DNA of 64,000 nucleotides, taken from positions 11,764-75,763 of the forward strand of contig JAXGON010000012.1 in NCBI GenBank assembly GCA_040767425.1, given 5' to 3'. Positions 39,130-47,872 of this stretch are shown here, one piece after another. The notes beneath the pieces were generated by a model that worked only from the letters and a program-made list of their open reading frames with translations, was not told where the DNA came from and searched no databases. The stretch's first letter is position 1; each line of letters opens with the position of its first letter. This DNA is from Anaerolineae bacterium (GTDB lineage Bacteria > Chloroflexota > Anaerolineae > UBA1429). A program made the position numbers and the translations under genes.

Positions 39130-41220
39130 CTAACTGAGGATCAGCCGCATGTCAACCGCGACCGCGCCCTGGCCCTGCTCGCGCACGAGCAGGGGGTTGA
39201 TATCCAGCTCGGCGATCTCGGGGAAATCGGTGACGAGCTGCGAGATACGCAGGATGGCATCCACGACCGCGTCCAGGTCCGAGGCGGCCTGGCCACGCAC
39301 GCCCGTCAACAGCTTGAACGAGCGGATCGACCTGACCATCTCGTCGGCCTGGAGCCGCGACATGGGCGCCACCCGGAAGGTGACGTCCTTGAGCACCTCT
39401 ACATAGATGCCGCCCAGGCCGAACATGACCAGCGGCCCGAACTGCGGATCACGGTTCATGCCGATGATGATCTCGCGGGCGTTGGTGACCATCTCTTGCA
39501 CCTGAACGCCCCAGATGGTGGCGTCTGGCTGGTGCTCCTTGGCGCGGGCGATGAGCGTGTCGAACGCCTCGCGCATCTCGTCGGCGCTAGAGACGCCCAC
39601 GATGATGCCGCCCACATCGGACTTGTGGAGAATGTCGGGCGACGCGATCTTGGCCACCACGGGATATCCGATCTCTTCGCCAAGGGCCACGGCCTCGTCG
39701 GGCGTCGGGGCCACGTCGCTCTTGGGCGTGGTGAACCCATAGGCCTTGAGAATGGTCTGCGCCTCGGCATCGCCGATGGCAGTGCGCCCCTCGGCGCGAA
39801 TCCGCGCTAGCAGATCGGCCACGGCCTTTTTGTCGACGTCGAACGTCTCAATCTCGACGGCGGGTTGCTGCTTCCAGGTGTGGTACCGCAGCATGGCGCC
39901 GAGGGCCCCCACAGCGCGCTCGGGGAATGGGTAGTTGGGCACCTTGTTCTTGGCCAGGATCTCGGTGCCTCGGGAGGCCTCCTTGGCGCCCATCCAGCAG
40001 CCCAGGAGCGGCTTGTCCGACTTGGCGCTTTCCCTGACCAGCGCCTCGGCCGTGCCCTCGATGTCGGTGGAGGTCTGCGGCGTGACGATGACGATAACGC
40101 CATCGACGCCAGGATCGGCGATGACGACGTCCATCGCGGCAGCGTAACGGTCGGCGCGGGCATCGCCTAGCACGTCCACTGGGTTGTGGATGTTGGCCGC
40201 TGCGGGGAGGACCTCAGCCAGACGTTTCTCGGTCTCGGGCTGGAGGGTAGCCAGAACCAGGCCTTGCTTTTCCAGGGCGTCGGTTGCCATGACCCCCGGG
40301 CCGCCAGCGTTGGTGACGATGGCAACGCGATTGCCCTTGATCAGTGGCTGGTAGGCAAAGACGGTGGACCAATCGAATAGCTCTTGCACCGACTCGGCGC
40401 GCAGCACGCCCGACTGTAAGAACGCGGCGTCGTAAGCCGCGTCAGAGCCCGCCAGGCTGCCTGTGTGCGAAGACACGGCCTTTGATCCCGAGGCCGTACG
40501 GCCCGACTTGACGGCGATAATCGGTTTTTTGGCGGCGGTGGCGCGGGCGGTCTCGATGAACCGGGAGCCGTCGGTGATGCCTTCGACATAGGCGATGATG
40601 ACGTTGGTGTTAGGATCGTCTCCCCAGACGTCGAGCAGCGCCACGTCATCCACGTCGGCCTTGTTGCCGAGGCTGACAAACTGCGAGAACCCGATATGCT
40701 CGGCCAGGGCATAGTCCAGAATGGCCGTGCAGAGGGCGCCGGACTGGGACATAAAGGCGATGGTGCCCTTTTCTGGCGTGCCGGCGGCAAAGCTGGCGTT
40801 CATGGGGGTGTGCGTGTCGATCACGCCCAGGCAGTTTGGCCCGACGAGCCGAATGCCGTGGCGTTTGGCGATGCGCACGATCTCCTGCTCCAAGGCCACG
40901 CCCTCGGGCCCGGCCTCGCGGAACCCGGCCGTGATAATGATGGCGGCCTTGACGCCCTTTTTGCCAGACTCTTCCAAGACGTCGGCGACGAACTTGTTGG
41001 GGATGACGACGACAATCGTATCGACGTCGCCGGGGATGTCACTGACGCTGGCATAGGCTTTGAGACCCAGAATCTCGTCAGCTTTTGGGTTGACGGGGTA
41101 CAAGGCGCCCTGGAATCCACTCGAGATCAGATTGGCCAGAACTTGGTTCCCTAGCTTGCCGGGGTTCTCGGAGGCACCGATGACGGCCACGGACGACGGG
41201 GCAAAGAGCTTTTCGAGCAT
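39130..41220 (-). CDS. acetate--CoA ligase (ADP-forming) / NDP-forming acyl-CoA synthetase, fused alpha-beta
   Basis: N-terminal CoA-binding domain (SVAVIGAS.NPGKLG), succinyl-CoA-synthetase-like flavodoxin domain, C-terminal ATP-grasp; start at MLEKLF. Confidence 0.8.
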   Translation of the reverse strand: MLEKLFAPSSVAVIGASENPGKLGNQVLANLISSGFQGALYPVNPKADEILGLKAYASVSDIPGDVDTIVVVIPNKFVADVLEESGKKGVKAAIIITAGFREAGPEGVALEQEIVRIAKRHGIRLVGPNCLGVIDTHTPMNASFAAGTPEKGTIAFMSQSGALCTAILDYALAEHIGFSQFVSLGNKADVDDVALLDVWGDDPNTNVIIAYVEGITDGSRFIETARATAAKKPIIAVKSGRTASGSKAVSSHTGSLAGSDAAYDAAFLQSGVLRAESVQELFDWSTVFAYQPLIKGNRVAIVTNAGGPGVMATDALEKQGLVLATLQPETEKRLAEVLPAAANIHNPVDVLGDARADRYAAAMDVVIADPGVDGVIVIVTPQTSTDIEGTAEALVRESAKSDKPLLGCWMGAKEASRGTEILAKNKVPNYPFPERAVGALGAMLRYHTWKQQPAVEIETFDVDKKAVADLLARIRAEGRTAIGDAEAQTILKAYGFTTPKSDVAPTPDEAVALGEEIGYPVVAKIASPDILHKSDVGGIIVGVSSADEMREAFDTLIARAKEHQPDATIWGVQVQEMVTNAREIIIGMNRDPQFGPLVMFGLGGIYVEVLKDVTFRVAPMSRLQADEMVRSIRSFKLLTGVRGQAASDLDAVVDAILRISQLVTDFPEIAELDINPLLVREQGQGAVAVDMRLILS

Positions 41221-41369
41221 GCGATTCTCCCTTGAATTGATCGATTGTTCCGAGGGTACAACGAAACGAAAGAAAACACAAGCGGGCGCGAACGCAGCAC
41301 GACTCTCCACGTGCCGCACGCGATGTGCTTACTCTATCCAGTTCTGCATTTGTGGGCAAATGCACAAGC

Positions 41370-41399
41370 TTGACAGGTGTCAATACGGAGGGCTATAAT
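41370..41399 (+). promoter_or_regulatory. consensus sigma-70-type promoter for the pheST leader (TTGACA - 18 nt - TATAAT)
   Basis: Exact consensus hexamers at 41370-41375 and 41394-41399; the -35 lies within a TGACAggTGTCA inverted repeat. Confidence 0.55.
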
Positions 41400-41405
41400 C
41401 GCTGT

Positions 41406-41712
41406 CAATCACATAGGTGCACAGGCGATGATGGAGAATATGGGTGGGGAACGGCCCCTCAGGGAGGGGGGATCACCGACTGCAAGTCCCCCTGGGAGAC
41501 GCCCATTGAGGTTCGCTCCTGAGCCGACGGCTGAACTCGGGGACCAGCGCCCCGACGCGTAGGTCGCTCCGGTAGCCCACCGTTAAGGGGCATCGGCACG
41601 CGGGCCCGTTGGGTCCGCCAGCCGTTGATGAGTGGGCCTCACGCGAGGCCAATCAGGGTGGTACCGCGGAGACTTTGGCAGCTTCGTCCCTAGGGGCGGC
41701 TGCTTTTTTTTG
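41406..41712 (+). promoter_or_regulatory. T-box riboswitch leader upstream of pheS-pheT
   Basis: T-box motif AATCAGGGTGGTACCGCGG (41651-41669; one mismatch to consensus AATTAGGGTGGNACCGCGG), immediately followed by a competing terminator hairpin and a T8 run; ~350-nt leader before an aaRS operon. Confidence 0.7.
41677..41712 (+). terminator. T-box leader intrinsic terminator (GCAGC...GCTGC + TTTTTTTT)
   Basis: Stem-loop overlapping the 3' half of the T-box sequence, followed by eight T. Confidence 0.6.
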
Positions 41713-41754
41713 TGGGTTACTCGAGCGAGCCCCGCCCATGCAAAGGACAAGATC

Positions 41755-42789
41755 ATGACGATGCGAGAAGAGCTGTTGGTGATGCAGGCAGAGGCGTTGG
41801 AGGCGTTGCAGGCAGCCGATGACGAGGCAGCACTAGCCGCCTGGCGAACGGCATACCTGGGCAAAAAGGGGGCGCTTACCGGCATTCTGCGAAGCTTGGG
41901 CTCGCTGCCGGCGGAGGAGCGCCCGGCCATGGGAAGCCTCGCCAACGAGGTCAAGGAAGCGTTGCAGGCAGCCTATGACGAGCGTGAGGCGTCGCTGGAG
42001 CAAGAGACGCTTCAGGCGGCCCTGCAGCGGGAGGCCTTTGATGTGCGGCTGCCGGGGCGGCGCCCTTCCGTGGGCTATCTGCATATCAGCACCCAGACGC
42101 TACGGGAGATCTATGAGATCCTTGGTGGCATGGGCTTTACTGTGTTGCGGTCTCCCGAGGTGGAGACGGACGTCTACAATTTTCAGTACTTGAACATGCC
42201 GCCTCACCATCCGGCCCGCGACATGTGGAGCACCTTTTACACCACGCGCCCTGGCGTGCTGCTGCGAACCCACTCTTCGCCCGGGCAGATCCACGCCATG
42301 CGAGCGTACCATCCCGAGCCGCTACGCGTGATTCTGCCGGGCAAGTGCTATCGCTATGAGCAGGTGACGACGCGTAGCGAGCACATGTTCCACCAGGTGG
42401 AGGGGTTAGCCATCGGCCGAAATATCACCATGGCCGATCTCAAGGGCGTTTTGACGCGCTTTGCTCGCGAGATGTTCGGCGGCGAGCGGCGGCTGCGCTT
42501 TCGCCCCAGCTACTTTCCGTTCACAGAGCCCAGCGCCGAGGCCGACATTGACTGCATCCTCTGCCATGGCGAAGGGTGCCAAATCTGCAAGTACACCGGC
42601 TGGCTGGAGATCCTGGGGGCGGGGATGGTGCATCCCAACGTGCTCAAGAACGGCGGCTATGACCCCGACGAGTTTAGCGGATTCGCCTTTGGCATGGGGC
42701 CCGAGCGCATGGCGATGCTCAAGCACGGCATCCGCGATATCCGCCAGTTCTTTGCCAACGACGTGCGATTCCTTCAGCAGTTCGCCTAG
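41755..42789 (+). CDS. pheS: phenylalanine--tRNA ligase alpha subunit
   Basis: Canonical PheS motifs (class II aaRS motifs 1-3; FRPSYFPFTEPS; GFAFGMGPERMAML); start at ATG 41755 downstream of the leader. Confidence 0.9.
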   Translation: MTMREELLVMQAEALEALQAADDEAALAAWRTAYLGKKGALTGILRSLGSLPAEERPAMGSLANEVKEALQAAYDEREASLEQETLQAALQREAFDVRLPGRRPSVGYLHISTQTLREIYEILGGMGFTVLRSPEVETDVYNFQYLNMPPHHPARDMWSTFYTTRPGVLLRTHSSPGQIHAMRAYHPEPLRVILPGKCYRYEQVTTRSEHMFHQVEGLAIGRNITMADLKGVLTRFAREMFGGERRLRFRPSYFPFTEPSAEADIDCILCHGEGCQICKYTGWLEILGAGMVHPNVLKNGGYDPDEFSGFAFGMGPERMAMLKHGIRDIRQFFANDVRFLQQFA

Positions 42790-42821
42790 GCAAGCTTTCG
42801 CTCAACGGAGGTTGATGCGCT

Positions 42822-45281
42822 ATGCGTGTACCATTGCAGTGGCTGCAAGAGATGGTGGATGTGACGTTGCCCGTCGACGAGCTGGCCGACCGCCTGACGC
42901 TGGGGGGGCTCGAGGTCACGGCTATCGACCGGGTCGGAGACTGGTGGGATCGCGAACGAATCGTGGTGGGCGAGGTGGTGGCTGTACGGCCGCATCCCAA
43001 CGCCGATCGGCTGGTGCTGGTGCGGGTGTACCTCGGCGCCGATGAAGAGATCGAGGTGGTGACGGGCGCGCCCAACCTGCCGGTGGGCACGTCCGGCCAA
43101 AAGGTGGTCTTTGCCAAGAGCGGTGCGCGACTCATCGATGGCTATGCCGACGAGGAGCGCTATGTGACGCTCAAGCCGGCCAAGATCCGTGGGGTGCGGT
43201 CCGAGGGGATGGTCTGCTCGGAAAAGGAGCTGGGGCTATCTGACAGCCACGAGGGGATCCTGATCTTGCCCGATGATGCGCCGGTGGGGCGACCATTGGC
43301 CGACTATTGGGGCGATACGGTGCTGGATCTGGACTTGACGCCCAATCTGGCGCGCTGCTTTTCCGTCTTGGGCGTAGCGCGCGAGACGGCGGCCCTCACC
43401 GGCGAGCCGCTGCGCTGGCAGCCGCCTGCGATGCAGGCCGCAGGGCAGCCCATCGACGGGCGCGTGGTGGTCGAGATCGACGATCCAGACCTGTGCCCGC
43501 GCTATGCCGCCGCATTGATCACCGGCGTCACCATCGGGCCCTCACCCGCTTGGATGCAGCGACGTTTGGTGCTGGCCGGCATGCGGCCGATCAATAACGT
43601 CGTCGATATCACCAACTATGTGATGCTGGACTTGGGTCAGCCGCTGCACGCCTTTGACTATGCCAAGCTGCGACCCAAGACGGCTGGCGGGGCTCCCACC
43701 ATCATCGTGCGGCGGGCTCGAGAGGGCGAGCGCATGGCGACCTTGGACGGCGTGGAGCGTGAGCTGACCGCCGATGATCTCCTCATCACGGATGGGGGTG
43801 GGCCGGTGGCCATCGCCGGCGTGATGGGCGGCCTGGAGAGCGAGGTCACGGACGAGACCTGCGACGTGCTACTCGAGGCGGCCAGCTTTGACAACATCAG
43901 CATCCGACGCACCTCGGCCAAGCAGCGCCTGGTTAGCGAGTCCGCGCAACGGTTTGGGCGCGGCGTGGATCGCGAATTGCCTCCCGTGGCACTGCGCCGC
44001 GCTGCCGAGTTGATGCGCGAGCTGGCGGGCGGCACCATCGCCGCAGGCTTTGTGGACGTCTACCCGCGCCCCTTTGAGGCGCCGCAGCTAGAGCTACCGG
44101 TCAGCGAGATCCAGCGGCTGCTGGGCATCAGCCTCACGCCCGAGCGCGCCGCCGAGATGCTTGTCAGCCTGGGGTTCGATTGCTCCACACACGACGCCGG
44201 CGTCTCGGTCACGGTCCCCAGCTTTCGCTTTGACGTGTCGCTGCCGGCGGATCTGGTGGAGGAGATCGCACGGGTGTATGGGTACGATCGTCTTCCCACC
44301 ACGTTGATGGCCGAGGAGACGCCTTCGCACCTGCGAAACCAAGACCTGATGCGAGAAGAGAAGGTGCGAGACATCCTGGTCGCTTGTGGCCTGACGGAGG
44401 TGATCACCTACTCGCTCACGAACCTGGAGAGTGTGGCCAAGCTGGATCCTCATGGAACGTTGCCCGCGCCTGAGGACTATGTTCGACTGGCAAACACGCT
44501 GACCCGCGAGCAAGAGTACATGCGCCAGACGTTGATGAACGGCCTGCTGGAGACGACGGCGCGGAACCTGCGTTTTGTGGAGAGTGTGTCGCTGTTCGAG
44601 ATCGGGGCGGTGTTCCTGCCGCGCGAGGGGGCTGAGCTGCCCGACGAGCCTAGGCGGCTAGGTCTGGTGCTGACGGGACCGCGCGAGGAGGCCTCCTGGC
44701 TAACGCCGGATCCCTCTCAGGTGGGCTTTTACGATCTCAAGGGCATCATCGAAGAGCTGGCGGAGCGGCTCGGCATCGCCGATCTGCGGTTCCGCGCGAC
44801 AGAGCATGCCACCTTCCATCCGGGCAGGACGGCGGCGCTGTACTGTGGCGATCAGCGCCTCGGAGTTGCGGGCCAGGTCGATCCACGGGTATGTGCGGCC
44901 TTTGATCTGCCGAGCCAGCCGGTACTCCTGGCCGAGCTGGACCTGGAGGCGCTGCTCGCTCGGATGCAGCCGACGCAGGCCATCCGTCCCATCTCGCCCA
45001 TGCCGGCGCTGATCGAGGACCTGGCCTTTGTGGTGGACGAGACCGTTGGCGCCGATGAGGTCGAGGCCGCCATCCGGCAGGCGGCTGGCTCCTTGCTGGT
45101 TGGGCTGAGCCTGTTTGACGTCTATCGCGGCGGGCAGATCGGGCCCAACAAGGTCAGCCTGGCGTACCGGATGGTCTTGCAGGCTCCCGATCGCACCTTG
45201 ACCAGCAAGGAATCGGAACAGGTCCGCGGGGCCATCGTCCAGCGCGTGTCTGACGATTTGGGCGGGCAGTTGCGGCGCTAA
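42822..45281 (+). CDS. pheT: phenylalanine--tRNA ligase beta subunit
   Basis: 819 aa with tRNA-binding N-terminal domain, B3/B4, B5 and FDX-ACB domains in PheT order. Confidence 0.9.
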   Translation: MRVPLQWLQEMVDVTLPVDELADRLTLGGLEVTAIDRVGDWWDRERIVVGEVVAVRPHPNADRLVLVRVYLGADEEIEVVTGAPNLPVGTSGQKVVFAKSGARLIDGYADEERYVTLKPAKIRGVRSEGMVCSEKELGLSDSHEGILILPDDAPVGRPLADYWGDTVLDLDLTPNLARCFSVLGVARETAALTGEPLRWQPPAMQAAGQPIDGRVVVEIDDPDLCPRYAAALITGVTIGPSPAWMQRRLVLAGMRPINNVVDITNYVMLDLGQPLHAFDYAKLRPKTAGGAPTIIVRRAREGERMATLDGVERELTADDLLITDGGGPVAIAGVMGGLESEVTDETCDVLLEAASFDNISIRRTSAKQRLVSESAQRFGRGVDRELPPVALRRAAELMRELAGGTIAAGFVDVYPRPFEAPQLELPVSEIQRLLGISLTPERAAEMLVSLGFDCSTHDAGVSVTVPSFRFDVSLPADLVEEIARVYGYDRLPTTLMAEETPSHLRNQDLMREEKVRDILVACGLTEVITYSLTNLESVAKLDPHGTLPAPEDYVRLANTLTREQEYMRQTLMNGLLETTARNLRFVESVSLFEIGAVFLPREGAELPDEPRRLGLVLTGPREEASWLTPDPSQVGFYDLKGIIEELAERLGIADLRFRATEHATFHPGRTAALYCGDQRLGVAGQVDPRVCAAFDLPSQPVLLAELDLEALLARMQPTQAIRPISPMPALIEDLAFVVDETVGADEVEAAIRQAAGSLLVGLSLFDVYRGGQIGPNKVSLAYRMVLQAPDRTLTSKESEQVRGAIVQRVSDDLGGQLRR

Positions 45282-45412
45282 TACAGCGCGCTGGCAGAGG
45301 GGCGGGTCACAGGGCTTGCCTCTTGTTAGGAAGACTCTCTCTGGGGTCAGCGTGGATCTTTGGAAGCCGATACTGGGTGGATAGGCGGTACTGGCTCACA
45401 ACGCCGGGATTC

Positions 45413-45441
45413 TTGACATGCTTGGGGCCGCGGTGTAGAGT
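45413..45441 (+). promoter_or_regulatory. candidate promoter for feoAB (TTGACA - 17 nt - TAGAGT)
   Basis: Hexamers read from sequence ~85 nt upstream of the feoA start; a partial palindrome around CTCGAG lies just downstream. Confidence 0.3.
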
Positions 45442-45523
45442 GCTCGAGACTCTTGAAGGTATAGACGGTCGCTGCCGTCATCTATGTAGGTCATCTCTAG
45501 GATCTCTTGATCGGAGACAGGCG

Positions 45524-45760
45524 TTGACACAGAGGTTTGTGCGTCTATCAGATCTGGCAACCGATGCCAAGGCTACGATAGTTCGCATTGATGGAGGACG
45601 TGGTTTTGTTGCACGCATGTCGGCTCTCGGCTTCACCCCTGGTGCCGAGGTCGTCGTCCGCGCCAACCCCGGGCATGGCCCGCTGATCGTCCGCATCATG
45701 GATACGCAGATCGCCCTCGGTCGCGGCCAAGCGGCGCATGTCACGGTCAAGCCGCTATGA
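45524..45760 (+). CDS. feoA: ferrous iron transport protein A
   Basis: LSDL..G..A.IVRI...G....RMSALGFTPGAEV.V SH3-like FeoA signature; TTG start with GGAGA RBS (start uncertain, GTG 45539 is the alternative). Confidence 0.7.
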   Translation: MTQRFVRLSDLATDAKATIVRIDGGRGFVARMSALGFTPGAEVVVRANPGHGPLIVRIMDTQIALGRGQAAHVTVKPL

Positions 45761-45785
45761 GATGAGCCTCTGAGTAGGGGGCACT

Positions 45786-47780
45786 TTGACAGAGCAAAGG
45801 GCTGTGATCGCTCTGGCCGGACAGCCCAACGTCGGCAAGAGCACTGTGTTCAACATGCTGACAGGACTGAATCAGCATGTGGGAAACTGGCCGGGAAAGA
45901 CCGTTGAGTGTCGGACGGGCGAGCTGGTTCACGACGGCATGGCGATTCATCTGGTGGATCTGCCAGGGACCTACTGCCTGACGGCGGCCTCGCCCGAGGA
46001 GACCATCACGCGTGACTATATCATGCGTGAGCGTCCCGACGTCGTGTTGGTGATCATCAACGCCGCCAGTCTAGAACGTAACCTCTATCTCGTGGCAGAG
46101 CTCTTGGCCCTGCCCGCCCCGCTCGTGATCGGTCTCAACATGATGGACGTCGCTCATCAGGAAGGCTTTGAGGTCGATGCCGAAGTGCTGTCGGCCGCCT
46201 TGGGCCTACCGGTCATCCCGATGATCGCGAGTCGCAACGTGGGCGTACACGAGCTGATCGATGCGGCGGTCAAGGTGGCGCGCGATGGTCCCACCATGGA
46301 GCCCAACCGCCCCGAGATCGAGGACGACCACCGCGAGGTGCTAGAAGAGATCCTCGAGCTGATCCACGACCGGGTGCCAGAGCCTTACATCGAGAGCTGG
46401 GTGGCGCTCAAGCTACTGGAAGGCGATGAGCAGGTCACCGGCATGATGAGGGAGGCGCTCGAGCCGGCGCTGTGGCAACAGGTCGAGGCGATCTTGCGCG
46501 ACCACGAAGACGCCATCATCGCGGTGGCCAGCGGGCGCTATGACTGGATCCGTCGCATGACCCGGGCGGCGCTGCGTCGTCCGCGCGTCGGGCGCGTCAC
46601 GCTGACCTACCACCTGGACAATATCGCCACCCATCCCTTCTGGGGGCTGCTCGTGCTGGCCGCTGTGCTGGCTCTCGTCTTTGGGCTGACCTACTCGGTC
46701 GGCGGGCCGCTGCAGGAGCTGCTGGAAGGATCTGTGGTCTCGCCGTTAGCTGAGCTCGCCGAGGCCTGGTTGGGAGGTAGCCCTGCCTGGCTGATAGGTC
46801 TGGTCACCGAGGGCGTGATCGGCGGTGTGGGCACTGTCCTCACCTTTTTGCCGATCCTGCTGCTTTTCTTCCTGGCCATGGGCATTCTGGAGGACACCGG
46901 CTACATGGCACGGGCGGCCTATGTGATGGACCGCTTCATGCATGTGATCGGTCTGCATGGCAAAAGCTTTCTGCCGTTGTTCCTCGGTTTTGGCTGTAAT
47001 GTGCCTGCCATTATGGGGGCTAGGGTGGTCGAATCGCCCCGTGGTCGTCTGTTGACCATCATGCTGGCACCTCTGGTTCCTTGTGCGGCGCGCCTGGGCA
47101 TCGTTGCAGTGCTGACGCCGGTATTCTTCCCTGCCCGTCCAGCATTGATGGCGTGGATATTGACGGCATTGCCGCTGGTGGTGCTGGCGCTTACGGGGTA
47201 CCTGGCGCATCGCGTGATCTTTAGGGGAGAGCGGGCGGCGTTCATCATGGAGTTGCCGCTCTATCACGTGCCCAACTGGCGCACCATCGGGATCTCTGTG
47301 TGGGAGCGGCTGCTTGCGTTCCTGCAAAAGGCAGCTACCGTCATCATGACGGCCTCGGTGCTGGTTTGGCTCCTGGCATCGGTGCCGACGGGCGACATCG
47401 AGACCAGCGTTCTCGCCAGTATCGGACGCTTCCTGGAGCCGGTCGGGGCACTGATGGGGCTGGGCTGGAGGGCCCTGGTGGCCCTGCTGGCCAGCTTTGT
47501 CGCCAAGGAGAACTCGATTGCAGTGTTGGGCATCCTGTACGGCTCTGGGCAGGGAGGCGCTTCGCTGGCGGAGGCTTTGAGGGCCTCCCTTACGCCGGCC
47601 TCCGGGTTGGCGTTCCTGGTGGTTCAGATGCTGTTTATTCCCTGCGTGTCCACGGTGGCGGCCATTCGCCAAGAGACCGCGTCATGGAAGTGGACGCTCC
47701 TCAATCTGGTGTTTCTGGGTGTGCTCTCGCTGGTGGGCGGCATTGTCGCTTACCAGCTCGGCGTTCTCTTTCTCGGGTAG
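45786..47780 (+). CDS. feoB: ferrous iron transport protein B
   Basis: N-terminal G-domain (GQPNVGKSTVFN), followed by the polytopic Gate/nucleoside-recognition membrane domain. Confidence 0.85.
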   Translation: MTEQRAVIALAGQPNVGKSTVFNMLTGLNQHVGNWPGKTVECRTGELVHDGMAIHLVDLPGTYCLTAASPEETITRDYIMRERPDVVLVIINAASLERNLYLVAELLALPAPLVIGLNMMDVAHQEGFEVDAEVLSAALGLPVIPMIASRNVGVHELIDAAVKVARDGPTMEPNRPEIEDDHREVLEEILELIHDRVPEPYIESWVALKLLEGDEQVTGMMREALEPALWQQVEAILRDHEDAIIAVASGRYDWIRRMTRAALRRPRVGRVTLTYHLDNIATHPFWGLLVLAAVLALVFGLTYSVGGPLQELLEGSVVSPLAELAEAWLGGSPAWLIGLVTEGVIGGVGTVLTFLPILLLFFLAMGILEDTGYMARAAYVMDRFMHVIGLHGKSFLPLFLGFGCNVPAIMGARVVESPRGRLLTIMLAPLVPCAARLGIVAVLTPVFFPARPALMAWILTALPLVVLALTGYLAHRVIFRGERAAFIMELPLYHVPNWRTIGISVWERLLAFLQKAATVIMTASVLVWLLASVPTGDIETSVLASIGRFLEPVGALMGLGWRALVALLASFVAKENSIAVLGILYGSGQGGASLAEALRASLTPASGLAFLVVQMLFIPCVSTVAAIRQETASWKWTLLNLVFLGVLSLVGGIVAYQLGVLFLG

Positions 47781-47872
47781 GACCGGCAGCGGGTTCGTAG
47801 CTGGTCGCCATGACCGACGGTATACTGACCCCATGCGGGCGGCTGGAAGGCTGAGCGGGAGATGGGGGTTCC

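Noticed and set aside
41367-41382. TGACAggTGTCA inverted repeat as a stand-alone operator
   Set aside because: It coincides with the -35 hexamer of a consensus promoter and is short. It is mentioned only as a possibility within the T-box finding.
46746-47672. 308-aa ORF antisense to feoB
   Set aside because: His/Arg/Gln-rich low-complexity translation that fully overlaps the conserved feoB membrane domain.
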